Shown here piece after piece: positions 51,761-64,000 of a stretch of 64,000 bases of DNA (position 1 is the stretch's first letter; the number at the start of each line of letters is the position of its first letter). A program made the translations under genes and the position numbers. The notes below the pieces were generated by a model that had not been told where the DNA came from, made no database searches, and worked only from the letters and a program-made list of their open reading frames with translations. This DNA is from Haliotis cracherodii (taxonomy: Eukaryota), in assembly GCF_022045235.1 (NCBI RefSeq), contig NW_027266319.1, positions 40,486,001 through 40,550,000 on the forward strand, read 5' to 3'.

Positions 51761-53750
51761 ATACTTTATCTGTAAGGTTGTCTATTTTGTGGATGTGTGA
51801 TGATTTTGTGCTTCCTTTTTTGCCTTTGGAGAGCTCCACATGGCCTTTGAATTGTTTTTAGTTGTGTAAGTTAGTTAGTTTAAGATACTGCAGAATTTTC
51901 CCAGTGTTCTTTTCTAGTTTTTTTATAAGCATGTGTGTACTGTTTCGTAGTTGTTTTGCATTTGGGAGTTCATGTGGGTGGGATTTGCGCGTCTAAATGC
52001 TCGCTTACTTTGTCTTCTAGACTCTTTGATTTCAGGGGTCCATCGGGCAACTTTATTTCTTTGGGGTTTGTGGTTAGCATTGGGGATACACTTGGTGGCT
52101 ATAGTGATAATTTCTTTTGTTAAATTTTTGGAAACAATTTCGGGGTCTGAATTTATAATTTGTGGTTGGTTAGTTTGGTCAATTAGGGTTTTCTAATTTT
52201 TCAGTCTGCTTTTTTTTTTGTAGTTAAATTTGGGATCTCAGGAAGTTTGTTCTGGTATATAATTTGGACCAAATTTTATATTTATTGACATTGGGAAGTT
52301 GGGATTGACTTCCCCATGGGTCATGAAATATTTCCAATGTAGATTTACTTGCCAAATTGGGAGTAGTTATTGTCAGGTCTATTGCAGTGAGTTAGTTTTG
52401 GTTTTCCTGTGGGCTGTAGCTGGTAGGGGATTTCTCATTAAAAATTATAAGGTCGTTCTGTTGTGCCCGCACGTATAGTATTATTACCAAATATGTATGT
52501 GTGGTTTTAGTAGTCCAGCTATAGAGGTGTTTGTGTTGTCCCATCATAGAATATGGATTTAACGACGTCGTGTTTAAATTGTACCAACGGGAGAGTGTAT
52601 AGTTAGTTTTGGGGGAGATACTGGTGAATTGTTTCGATTAGGTTGTTGGGAGCGAGGTTTAGTGCAGTGATGAATTCTATGAGATTTTGTTGGATATTTT
52701 GTAGTTGGACGATTGTGTCTTCTGCTGTGTATACTGAGGACGTTGTGTGTGCTGTACGGAGGTTTGAGTTTGATCTAGGGGGTTTGGGGGCTACGTTGGT
52801 AGTGACTGGTGGTGGAGGCCCTGAGTGCGGTTGTTCATGGCTGACTGTGGTAGCTAGAGTGGTGGTTTTGCCTTTGTTTTGGGTTTGCCTACGACCCCAT
52901 GATGACGCTAGACTTGCAGAGCGACCTGACTTGTTTGGGCACCCTGGGTTGGCGGCGGGATGGTGGGTTTGGGTTGGGTGTGGGTTGGGTGAGTTTGGTT
53001 GACGTCGTCGCCATTGAGTGAGGATGAGTTGGATACGGGTTGGGAGTCAAAATTCCTGTCGTATCAGTTATAGCTTTTGGAGTTTGATTTCCTTGCTTGG
53101 GCAGGGAGGTCAGATTCTGTAAGGTGTTAATTTATTGATAGGATTTGTTTTTTGCGGACTGGGGAAGAGTTTGAAAAGGCGGTATGATCATATTGTTCAC
53201 AGTTTTTACAGTAGGGTTGTAGATTGCACTCAGTGCTGTTATGGAACTCGGAGCTGCATTAGGAACATCTGTCTAGGTTTTTACAATTTGATTGTGCGTG
53301 TCCAAAAAGGTGGCAGATGGTACATTGGACTATTTTTGTTATAGTTTTTGGCACTTTGCAATAGATTGATCCAAATGTTATTGTGTCAGGAAATCTGGTG
53401 CCTTTGAAAATCAGGATGATAGTGGAGGTGTTTGATGGGGGACCTTGTTTTTTTTCTGGTGATCCTTAATATATTGGTAATTTGAGGCTGAGTTTGGAGT
53501 TTGTTTGATTCGATTACGTAAGCCTGTAGGTCGTGGTCAGACTCCGCGGGGTCGGTGTAGATGACCCCTTTTGTTTCAGATAGCCAACGAGAAGTTTGTC
53601 ACGATAGATTGATGCCATCTATGGATGTTTGTTTCATTGCCAAATTGAGGTCATATTGTAGGTTAAAGTTTATTTTGTTTATAAATTTAAATTTAAGATT
53701 AGCTTGCTTTACTATAAGTCCAAATCTGTTTTTTTTGTGTACAGTAAGGT
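51760..53750 (-). mobile_element. Decayed LINE (gag-like ORF1 plus ORF2 remnants)
   Basis: Zinc knuckle VQCTICHLFGHAQSNC (CX2CX4HX4C) at ~53283-53330, followed by further Cys/His knuckles. VARWTPEIKE at ~52023-52055. Repeated at 63600-64000. Confidence 0.75.
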
Positions 53751-53789
53751 GAGTGGGTTAGGACCTGTATTAAATGCTAGAAGTATTAG

Positions 53790-55465
53790 ATGTTGATTGT
53801 TGTTGGTCGAGCTGGTTCAGATGCGTCCGTTGGTGACTGTGCATTTCTTGCGTCAACAGGAGCGAGTGTATTAGATTATGTCATTGTGTCAAGTGATTTG
53901 TTTGCAATGTGCTCAGATTTTAATATCGGATCTCGGACACATTTGCCAGTCAGTTGTACATTTCAATCACGTGACTATGAAATCCACACCAGTTCGTCAG
54001 CTGATACTCACCTAGACGGGGAAGGTTTCAATTTTTTATGGGATAATAATTTTGCTGAAAGATTTAGAGACACTATCCTATCATCCGACATATCATCTAT
54101 GCTTAATGACTGTTGCACTCTTACCTTGACCGATATCCATCAAGTGTTTACTGATGCTATTCACCAGGCTGCGGACTTCATGAAGAAAAACAAGAAAACT
54201 TATCCTGTAAAATCAGATCAACTTTTGTTTGACTCAGAATGTGATTTCAATCGATCAGAAATGCTGAGGCTACTGAAATGTCCTAGAAGATAAAAGAACA
54301 GTGAATCACTACATTTATATATTACTCAACGCAATAAATATAATGACCTAATAAGGAGCAAAAAGAGACTATATAATGCATCTGTCAGAGACATTTTACT
54401 AGGTAATATAAATAACTCAAAAGAGTTTTGGACTGTGCTAAAGAAATATACAACCAAGTCGTCAAAAAAGGACAATGTAAATATATCAGAATGGTTTTCG
54501 TATTTCAAGAACTTATTTGAAGAATGTGACGGTAATTTGCCAGAACAGACTGAAAATTCTGATACTGACTATAATACTGATGATACGGCCGCCTTTATAC
54601 TGGATTTTCCAATCACTCAAGAAGAGATACAAGAAGCAATCTATAAACTAAAAAATGCTTAATATCCAGATATATTGTTGCCATACATGGAATTGTTGTT
54701 TAATGTCATTTTTGAATCATCTTATTTCCCTGAATCATGGAGTACAGGTATCATAATTTTTCATTCATATCCCTTTGTATAAGACAGGTGATAAATCTGA
54801 TCCTAATAATTATAGAGGTATTTCCCTTTAAAGCACTTTAGTAAACTTTATACATCAGTTTATAATGCAAGATTAGTATTTTGGGCAAATTCGTACGACA
54901 AAATTAGCGAGTCGTAAGCGGGATTACGAAAAGGATATAGCACAATAGATAATATTTTCATTTTACAAACTATTATTCAATACTACCTTTCAAAAAAGCG
55001 TGGTAATTTATAAGTCTTATGCGCTTCTGTGGACTTCAAAAAAGCTTTCGACTTTGTTAACAGATCTAAATTATGGTTTATATTAAAATACAGGGAAGTT
55101 TCACCCAAGATGTTAAATGCACTTGAATCTATCTATAGTTGTGTGAAGGGATGTTTTTGAGATCAATATCACCTGTCTGTTAAATTTAAATCGTTGTTTT
55201 TAAAAATGGTGGAAATTTAGCAAGAGTCGAAAAGTGGTATTTTAACGAGCACCAGGTTCAATGTGTTTCATGTCACAAATACTTGGGATTATTATTCTCT
55301 AGATCACAACTGTGGTCTGCTCAGGTTAATAGTGCATCAACTCAGGCAAAAATGGTTCTGTGTGGAATCATTATATATGTTAAATCCCTTACCTCATGAT
55401 CTATTTTATAAAATCTTTGATTCCAAAATCAGCCCAGTTCTATTGTATGACTCTGAAGTTTGAGG
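53790..55465 (+). mobile_element. Decayed LINE ORF2 (APE endonuclease end plus RT; CR1/L2-like)
   Basis: GASVLDYVIVS, DFPITQEEIQEAIYKLKN, FPESWSTGII, GDKSDPNNYRGIS, GLRKGYSTIDNIFIL and VDFKKAFDFVNR, with stops and frameshifts. Confidence 0.85.
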
Positions 55466-57614
55466 TGTTCATAATTCATAGGGTGGGGGTGGGGTGGGAT
55501 GGGGGTGTGAGGGGTGTGTGGATAAAAGACTCCTCAATTGTCTGGTAAAACCTATTCAAGTGTTTTAAAATTTGTTACCCGATACATATGTTCTTCTCCA
55601 AGCATAACTTTTGATAGATATTGTAAGTGAAGACGTTTGATCGATCATGAAGGCGTAGCCATAATGTGGGGACCTGTGTGTTAGGTCGTTAGCTATGACT
55701 ATGGCTTTCATATGGATGCGAGCCTATTTCCGGATAGCGAGCAAGTCTTGTTTTCACCTTTTGGTCAGCATGCAGTGGTATCACGCACCGTCAGTTGATG
55801 TGGGAGGAATGTCCCCCAAAAGGCAAAGGCTAGCAGATCAACTCTCATAATCGTGGCAAATCTTGGATTCAAACTAGTGATCAGCGGATCCTGGTACCCC
55901 AGAGACAACTACGCGCAGTGTCGGTGCTCATCTAATCGAACATGTCATTCAAGTAGATGTACGAAAGGGCGTTTGTAAGAAGTGTCAACAAGGTAAGTAT
56001 ATGTCAACAAGAGTCCTTCAGATGCACAGGTAGCTAACTTCACCGGATAATACACCTGCAACCAGTGTTCAAACAGTATTGGACTCGCACACAACTGTAC
56101 CAATTAGAGATGTGTATTGAGAACGTGGGTTAAATAAACCCCGCTGAATAAAACCTGAACTTTGTGTGTAACCGGGCGAGATTATGCAAATTAGTATTGT
56201 GTGTACATTCCGCTGAACTTGTGTTTAATAAACATTGATTGACATCTATGAAATCTACAGCTATCGATTGCTTGTCCATTGCACACAACACATAACCATA
56301 CATCGCCAGCTGTTGAAGGATCGTTAGAAGTGTTAGAAGCATCATAGGGAATGTTGGCTGCAGGAAGGAAGCTCGGCTCCAGAAAGCTCCATTCTGTCAC
56401 CGGTAAGTGTATTTTCTACTTACAGATAATTGTACATTAGGGTGTAATGTGATCATTATTAGACTGATTTGATCTGAAGATAGATTTTTTTCACAAAATT
56501 CGAACTGATAAGTTTCATTTGAATCGGTGACTGTATTGGTTGAATTGTGAAATCGTGTTGATAGAGACTTCTACAAGAATTATATTTTGAAAATTTAGGT
56601 AAATCTTGACACAATAATTTAATTATTTTTAAGTAACTCAAACAAAATATGATACAAATTATACCTTACACTTATATTTTGATTTCCAAATTATGCATCT
56701 AGTCACTTTAGCCTGTCATTCGGTAGCGTGTTACTTCAACATGTCTCCTAAAATAAAGTTTAAAATGAAAACCGTTAAACATGATGGAAACATTTTCACA
56801 TGGAAACTTACCGCGACATGGAACACACCCTTGTAGAACACACCCATATACGTTGGAGACAGATATGTAGAGTATCAAATAGCCTATGTTAAAAGCATTA
56901 AAAAGCCTTATTGACATAAATATTCACAGTATTCTGTAAGTTTCCCCTGGTATGGCCTTCACACAGTGTGTCCGGGTGAACAGGGTTTTTTTTAACCACG
57001 AAATAAAGAGTCCATAGAGTGAGCTTATAGTCCTCTGTGCTGCTTTGGTTATATTACAGATTGCATCTATGGCAGTACGTATACACCCCTGAAACTGGTC
57101 AAAACCTAACACCAGTTCATTTGGATATGATGACAACTAGATCAGGTAACATGCTAAACTATCTAAGTAATGTAATGTTAAACAAACTGTGATGGACGTG
57201 TTTCAAAACGTCGATTATTTCTCAAGCAGGAAAATCATTGATATTTGTGCAGTCCAAATGCACCGTTTGGTGACTCAGGGTAGTCGACAGCTAGTTGTCT
57301 ATAAATATTCCATGTTCAGGTCATGTTGTGTGGAAATATTTGCCGAGGGACATTCTGGGGATGCTGCAATCACACGCAATAGATCTCCCAACACACTGTG
57401 TCTCGTGAATTAATCATGTCATTAGAACATGATGAGCCGCAGCTCCTCATTCTACTTTCTGCTAGGTGGAGTCGGTGCTGCACTGAGAAGGGCAGCGTTG
57501 TTGTATTGAAGTGCAACAACTGATGCAATGTTTGTTTCCTCAATGCGAGGCACGACGTAGGGACTGAAATAGAAAATATGGATACATAGTGTTGAATATG
57601 CGTAGTGTAGTGTG

Positions 57615-59065
57615 TGGGGGAAAGTGTTGTATCTGGGTGGTGTAGTGCTGAATCTGGCTGGAATAGTGTTGTATCTTGGTAGTATTGTGTTGTATCTGGG
57701 TGGTGTAGTGTTGTATCTGGGTGGAGTAGTGTTGTATCTGGGTAGTATTGTGTTGTATCTGGGTGGTGTAGTGCTGTATCTGGCTGGTAAAGTGTTGTAT
57801 CTTGGTAGTATTGTGTTGTATCTAGGTGATGTAGTGTTGTATCTGTGTGGTGTAGTGTTGTATCTGGGTGGTGTAGTGTTGTATCTGGGTGGTTTAGTGT
57901 TGTATCTGGGTTGTATTGTGTTGTATCTAGGTGGTGTATTGTTGTATCTGGGTGGTTTAGTGTTGTATCTGGGTGGTGTAGTGTTGTATCTTTGTGGTGC
58001 AGTGCTGTATCTGGCTGGTGTAGTGCTGTATCTGGCTGGTGTAGTGTTGTATCTTGGTAGTATTGTGCTGTATCTGGGTGGAGTAGTGTTTTATCTGGGT
58101 GGAGTAGTGTTGTATCTGGGTGGTGTAGTGCTGTATCTGGGTGGTGTAGTGTTGTGTCTGGGTGGAGTAGTGTTGTATCTGGTTGGTGTAGTTCTGTATC
58201 TGGGTGTTGTTGTGTTTATCTGGGTGGTGTTGTGCTGTATCTGGGTGGTGCAGCGCTGTATCTAGGTGGTGTAGTGTTGTATCTGGGTGGTGTAGTTCTG
58301 TATCTGGGTGGAGTAGTGTTGTATGTTGGTAGTATTGTGCTTATCTGGGTGGTGTGGTGTTGTATCTGGGTGCTGTAGTGTTGTATCTGGGTGGTGTAGT
58401 GTTGTATCTGGGTGGAGTAGTGTTGTATCTGGGTGTTGTTGTGGTGTATCTGGGTAGTATTGTGCTAATCTGGGGGGTGCAGTGCTGTATCTGGGTGGAG
58501 CAGTGTTGTATCTGGGTTGTGTAGTGTTTGTATCTGTGTGGAGCAGTGTTGTATCTGGGTGGTGTAGTGTTGTATCTGGTTGGTGTAGTTTTGTATCTGG
58601 GTGGAGTAGTGTTGTATCTGGGTAGTATTGTGCTTATCTGGGTGGTGTAGTGTTGTTTCTGGGTGGTGTAGTGTTGTTTCTGGGTGGTGTAGTGTTGTAT
58701 CATGGTGGTGCAGTGCTGTATCTGGGTGGTGTAGTGTTGTATCTAGGTGGTGTAGTGTTGTATCTGGTTTGTGTAGTTTTGTATCTGGGTGGAGTAGTGT
58801 TGTATCTGGGTAGTATTGTGCTTATCTGGGTGGTGTAGTGTTGTTTCTGGGTGGTGTAGTGTTGTATCATGGTGGTGCAGTGCTGTATCTGGGTGGTGTA
58901 GTGTTGTATCTGGGTGGTGTAGTGTTGTATCTGGGTGGTGTAGTGTTGTATCTGGGTGGAGTAGTGTTGTGTCTGGGTAGTATTGTGCTTATCTGGGTGG
59001 TGTAATGTTGTATCTGGTTGGCGTAGCGTTGTGCCTTGGTGGTGTTGTGTTGTATCTGGGTTGGA
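57615..59065. repeat. 21-bp minisatellite, unit 2 version (~68 units)
   Basis: Same unit as the 44200 array, in one long block. Confidence 0.95.
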
Positions 59066-59600
59066 GTGGAGTAGTGTTGTGACTGAGTATTGTGGCCTTG
59101 TAGCTGGCTAGTATAGTGTTCTTTCTGGGTATCCCAATGTTATATCTGCGTAGTGTAGTGTTGAATATCAGTTGCGCCATGGTGTTTCTGAATACAGGTT
59201 CAAATGCTTAGAGGACGACACACCATAAATATACATCCAAATACATAAAAGACGATAAAGAGTAAATATACATTCATTTTGTGTGACAGGTTAAATACGT
59301 TTATATACGTTGAGGATAACACAGGATGAATATACAGGATGCATAAAGGACGACACAGCTAGGGTAAATATACATTCATATACGTCCTCATATACGTAGA
59401 GGAGGACACAGAGTAAATCCATCTTCATTTACAAAGAGGATGATAGAATACAAATATAACTTCATTTACATAGAGGACGACACGTGGTAAATAAAGATTC
59501 ATATAGACAGGGGACGGCACACAGTAAATATTCATTTATCAACATAGAGGACGACAATCTTAAATAGATGCAAACCATTACATTCATTTACAAAAATATA

Positions 59601-61018
59601 CACTCTTCAAAATAAGAAACGCACGGGTAATATGTAGTTCATTGAACCTGGCTACACAAAAAATCCGGTATATAAATTGGAAACGCACAGGTAGACTTTT
59701 AGTAATTGTATTGTATCTAATAAAGTCGTATCATAGATACAAATATTAAATTTTGGACCTCGATAGTCACATGTTGTCGTTGTACAAAGGCATTGAAAAC
59801 TGTTCATTATCATGTCACATGAGGCCACGGCTCTGCGTCTCATCGGCACTGACTGGATAAGTGTACGAATTCTGTCCTACGGAATTCTGCGCCATTCTGC
59901 GCCATTCTGCTTCTAACGCGATGGCCAGTTGTAGGAGTGTCTGTGGCGTTTTATGACGTTGACGTACACGTCGATCGAGTTCATCCCAGAGGTGTTCGAT
60001 TGGGTGTGGATCTGGAGATCTCGACCGGCCAAGGCAAGCCGTTGATGTTGGCATTATGAAGGTAGTCTACCGTGACACGAGTGTGCGGTGAAGCATTGTC
60101 CTGTTGAAACAGCTCCCTCTGGCGGTCAATGATTGGAAGAAGGTGAGGTTGAAGAATTTGATTCATGTAGCGAGTTGCTGTCAAATTTTGCTGAACCACA
60201 ACCAAGTCAGATCTCATGGTGTTGGATATGGCCCCCCACACCATGACACTACCGCCACCGAAATTGTGCCACAATGTGGGGCAAAACGCTCATTTCGACG
60301 ACGATAAACATGTTAAAGAAGAAATCGAGATTAATCGCTAAACCACACGTCTCCAGTTTCTCAAATTCCAAGGCTGCAAGCGTCGCTGTCGATGGATCTG
60401 TTTCAAAACAGGGACAATAACTGGTCTTCTTGGTCGGATTCCAGCCTCGCGAAGATGGTTCCTGACAGTCTGGTCCGATATCCTCCTGGAACCAGGGATG
60501 CTTCAAGCAGTCTCCGTAGCTGTGGCATTGCGATGACGTTGGTGGAACAATCGAATGTAGGGATCAGGTGCAGGGTAACTCTTGGTCGGCCGGTTCTCTG
60601 ACGGTCTGCAGTGGAATTGAACTGTGTGTATCGGCCCCAAATGGTGCTGTGGTGGACGTTGATGTGGCGTGCAACAGAAAACTGCGATTCCCCTCTTTGG
60701 ATACGTCCTGAGGCGATGTTCCGATCGACAGCGCTGAGTCTTGGCATTTTCGAACTTGAAAAATGTTGACACTTGAATGACAAATTATTGGCTTTTTATA
60801 GCCACTACCACGAGTTACGAATGCCATGCATTTTGCTTTACTGTTTTCCTCCATGACATTTTTGAACAAGTGTGAAGACAATGCCGTTTAAGAAACTGCA
60901 AATCGACAATGGCTGCGTTGTGACGCACCGTTTGTCGAATATCAGGCCATCCACATTTTCCAATAACATATATCCAATTTATATACCGGATTTTGTGTGC
61001 GGTATTTTTTGAAGAGTG
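59601..61018 (-). mobile_element. Tc1/mariner family Y copy (duplicate of the 47312 element)
   Basis: Same position in duplication unit 2. Motifs GGGSVMVWGAIS, FQQDNASPH and SPDPHPIEHLW. Confidence 0.9.
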
Positions 61019-61158
61019 TACATAAACATCCGATGTATATCAGATTGTGTTTCTTCAGATGGAATCCTTTTTGGATTTAGGTCCGTGAGGTCCCCGAAGG
61101 CTTGGAGACTTGAAGACGTACTCAACTCATAGGACTTGACATGACCAGAAACTGAACA

Positions 61159-62520
61159 ATGCCTTTTCTCAGAATTCGTGTCTTGAAGCAATGTGCATTT
61201 ATACTGGTACTAGTGCTGTTCGTATATATTTGGTATCAATCTCAGACAGACTGGATTTATAAATCGGGTAGAGATATTCTTTCTAAAGGTACACGGAGTA
61301 AATTGGAAATCAGGGTCCATAAAACTCTCGTTGTTAATAATCATGAAGTATCAAAGATCACAACACATCCTACAAAGAAAAGAGGACATGATCCATACAT
61401 AGCAGTGCCTAAGTTCAGTGACCGTCACGTCAGGAAAGGGATTCAGTCTTATCAACCCTATATGATGAAAATGAACAAACATTTCGATGGAAGAAGATCT
61501 GAACGGCCCTTGATGAACAATATAAGTGATAGAGAGAGGGCGATAGTCAGGCAAGATAATGAAACCCAGAAAACGAAAGCAAAGAATTCATTAAACAAGG
61601 TTTCCCCTCAAATCAGAAAGGTAGAACATAGACAAATGCATCCCAAAGAGGTTAAACAAATTCTTGCAAATGTCCAAAACTGGTTTCATGTAAGGCATGA
61701 ATCCGAAAAAGATGTATTACTTAACAGACATGAATTTGTATATCATCTGAACTCAAAGGTTTGCAATGGTGACATTAACATATTGATATTTGTACACTCA
61801 GCTCCTAATAACATTGAGAAAAGGAATGATATACGTGACACATGGGGATCTGTACAGAGGCACGGAAATGTATCCATTGCTACTGTGTTTATGTGTGGAG
61901 AGACACCAGACCGTGCCCTACAAGAACAACTAATCAGAGAATCTGGTACATATGGTGACATAGTTCAAGGCAACTTTCTGGACTCGTACAGAAATCTGAC
62001 TTACAAACATGTGTTGGCTCTTTGTTGGATCACGTCACAATGCCATGACGTTAGAACTGTTGTCAAGGTTGATGACGATGTTCTCATCAATATTTTCAAG
62101 CTGGTCAGTTATTCTGTTCAGATTGGTCACTACCATAATAATCTTTACTGTTCCGCCTTTCGGAGAGCAAAACCGAAGAGGAATACTAGCGATAAATGGT
62201 ACACCCCTGAAGAACAGTACCCATTTGAGTTATACCCTCCTTACTGCGAGGGTCTGGCCTACATAACGTCTGTGGATGAAGTTAAAGCGTTGTGTAAAGC
62301 GTCTGAAGACACGAAATTCTATTGGGTGGATGATACTTTCGTCACTGGTATTCTTGCGCAGAAAGCAGGATTGTCACTCAGTTCCTTTAAGAGACATCAC
62401 GAGTATGTGAAAAATGGGCGAGTTCATCATACTTCATTTCAGTCTGTGTTGTTTTTTCTAGAGTATAAGAACTGGACTTCTTTATGGCAAAAAGTGGTGA
62501 AAATAAAGAACATGTTTTAA
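61159..62520 (+). CDS. GT31 beta-1,3-galactosyltransferase-like protein, copy B2 (453 aa, long basic stem)
   Basis: Intact ORF. TM CAFILVLVLFVYIWY, ~150-aa stem, and motifs FVHSAP.N..KR..IR.TWG, YGDIVQGNFLDSYRNLTYK, KVDDDV, YPPYCEG..Y and VDDTFVTG. Acceptor tgtgtttcttcag ends at 61058. Confidence 0.93.
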   Translation: MPFLRIRVLKQCAFILVLVLFVYIWYQSQTDWIYKSGRDILSKGTRSKLEIRVHKTLVVNNHEVSKITTHPTKKRGHDPYIAVPKFSDRHVRKGIQSYQPYMMKMNKHFDGRRSERPLMNNISDRERAIVRQDNETQKTKAKNSLNKVSPQIRKVEHRQMHPKEVKQILANVQNWFHVRHESEKDVLLNRHEFVYHLNSKVCNGDINILIFVHSAPNNIEKRNDIRDTWGSVQRHGNVSIATVFMCGETPDRALQEQLIRESGTYGDIVQGNFLDSYRNLTYKHVLALCWITSQCHDVRTVVKVDDDVLINIFKLVSYSVQIGHYHNNLYCSAFRRAKPKRNTSDKWYTPEEQYPFELYPPYCEGLAYITSVDEVKALCKASEDTKFYWVDDTFVTGILAQKAGLSLSSFKRHHEYVKNGRVHHTSFQSVLFFLEYKNWTSLWQKVVKIKNMF

Positions 62521-62984
62521 TTCCCTGTTGATTATTGATCAAAGGAGACGTTCTTGAATGAGCAGCTTGAATGAGTCGTCATCAAACACAAGCGAAAAGA
62601 ATGTTTTTAGATTGTTTGATAGTAGGCTTGTAATCTAAAACAGGCCCAATGCGCAGCAGTTAATGCATTTTAATGTGCTACAGCCAATGCATCCAATGCA
62701 CCTTAATGCGCTACGGTTAATGTGTTTTAATGTGGCAGTCAATGATCTTACACCAGAGGTGGGTCATAGACCGTTCCCTGAGAATACCACAGTGTAACGC
62801 GGTCATAAGCCCTGTGAAGATACGTCAGTGCACTAGGCTTATATTGACATACCGACAAGGCGCCTCGTGTCCTATGCCATGTATTGACATATCAACAGGG
62901 TACATCATGTCCTGTGCTATAGATTGACTTGGCGCCTCGTGTTGTGTGCTTTATCTTCACAGATGCCTCGTGTCATATGCCATA

Positions 62985-63558
62985 TGTTGACACATCGACA
63001 TGAGACATGGTTTGCTGAGTGATTTATTTACACATCGACAAAAGACATGGTTTGCTAAGTAAAATATTGATATGTCGACTAGATACATGGTTTGCTAAGT
63101 CATATATTGATATGTCGACTAGATACATGGTTTGCTATGTCATATATTGATACGTCGACATGATACATGGTTTGCTAAGTCATATATTGACACATCGACA
63201 TGATACATGGTTGCTAAGTCATATATTGATACGTCGTCATGATACATGGTTTGCTAAGTCATATATTGATATGTCGACATGATACATGGTTTGCTAAGTC
63301 ATATATTGATACGTCGACTACCAAAAACCATGTATCATGTCGACATATCAATATATGACTTAGCAAACCATGTATCTAGTCGACTCATCAATATATGACT
63401 TAGCAAACCATGTATCTAGTCGACTCATCAATATATGACTTAGCAAACCATGTATCATGTCGACGTATCAATATATGACTTAGCAAACCATGTATCTAGT
63501 CGACATATCAATATATGACTTAGCAAACCATGTATCTAGTCGACATATCAATATTTTG
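62985..63558. repeat. 40-bp minisatellite downstream of B2, with an orientation switch
   Basis: Forward units to ~63320, reverse-complement units at 63325-63558. Confidence 0.9.
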
Positions 63559-64000
63559 CTCAAACTACTCCCCCTATTCTAGATCCATTTTTTTTTATAT
63601 ATGAGGCTCATGCTACTTTATCTGTAAGGTTGTCTATTTTGTGGATATGTGATGATTTTGTGCTTCCGTTTATTGCCTTTGGAGAGCTCCAAGTGGCCTT
63701 TGAATTGTTTTTAGTTGTGTAAGTTAATCTAAGATACTGCAGAATTTTCCCAGTGTTCTTTTCTAGTTTTTTTTATAAGCATGTGTGTACTGTTTCGTAG
63801 TTGTTTTGCATTTAGGAGTTCATGTGGGTGGGATTTGCGCGTCTAAATGCTCGCTTACTTTGTCTTCTAGACTCTTTGATTTCAGGGGTCCATCGGGCAA
63901 CTTTATTTCTTTGGGGTTTGTGGTTAGCTTTGGGGATACACTTGGTGGCTATAGTGATAATTTCTTTTGTTAAATTTTTGGAAACAATTTCGGGGTCTGA

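Larger units (their letters stand above)
42727..52150 (+). repeat. Segmental duplication, unit 1 (contains B1)
   Basis: caattgtctggtaaaacctattca at 42727 matches 55535. Colinear with indels until 52150, which matches the window end at 64000. Confidence 0.9.
55535..64000 (+). repeat. Segmental duplication, unit 2 (contains B2; continues past the window end)
   Basis: Same order as unit 1: upstream unique region, 21-bp array, 37-bp array, Tc1 element, GT31 gene, 40-bp array, LINE fragment. Confidence 0.9.

Noticed and set aside
57612-58838. VLYLGGV-repeat ORFs (also 44225-44977)
   Set aside because: They are products of the 21-bp minisatellite, frames are not conserved between the duplicates, and they are probably intronic.

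Overview
Repeat-rich, AT-rich animal genomic DNA with two N gaps (2443-2570, 16672-16990). The SINE types and (ACTC)n/(AAAC)n tails suggest a mollusc, possibly a gastropod such as abalone; this is inference. The only host genes I can support are four same-strand, single-coding-exon family-31 glycosyltransferases (beta-1,3-galactosyltransferase-like, type II Golgi membrane proteins) in two pairs. Pair A (19511-20566, 33983-35044) has a ~99.5% identical catalytic domain behind strongly diverged N-terminal tail/TM/stem modules. Pair B (48903-50233, 61159-62520) lies in a segmental duplication with a ~12-13 kb offset; B1 is frameshifted by a 25-nt deletion and B2 is intact. The rest is decayed Tc1/mariner elements, a MITE, several LINE fragments, about four short interspersed repeat families and many minisatellites. 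Three observations stand out. (1) A 20-bp minisatellite in the apparent 5' leader of A1 forms a chain of ~22 seven-codon uORFs with overlapping stop/start codons, ending in TGATG on the gene's own start. (2) The A1/A2 catalytic domain appears converted, with a relic of the overwritten copy left behind. (3) One repeat family has no tRNA head but a fixed, structured 5' end showing covariation, a candidate ribozyme-like RNA. All comparisons were made by eye and repeat boundaries are approximate.
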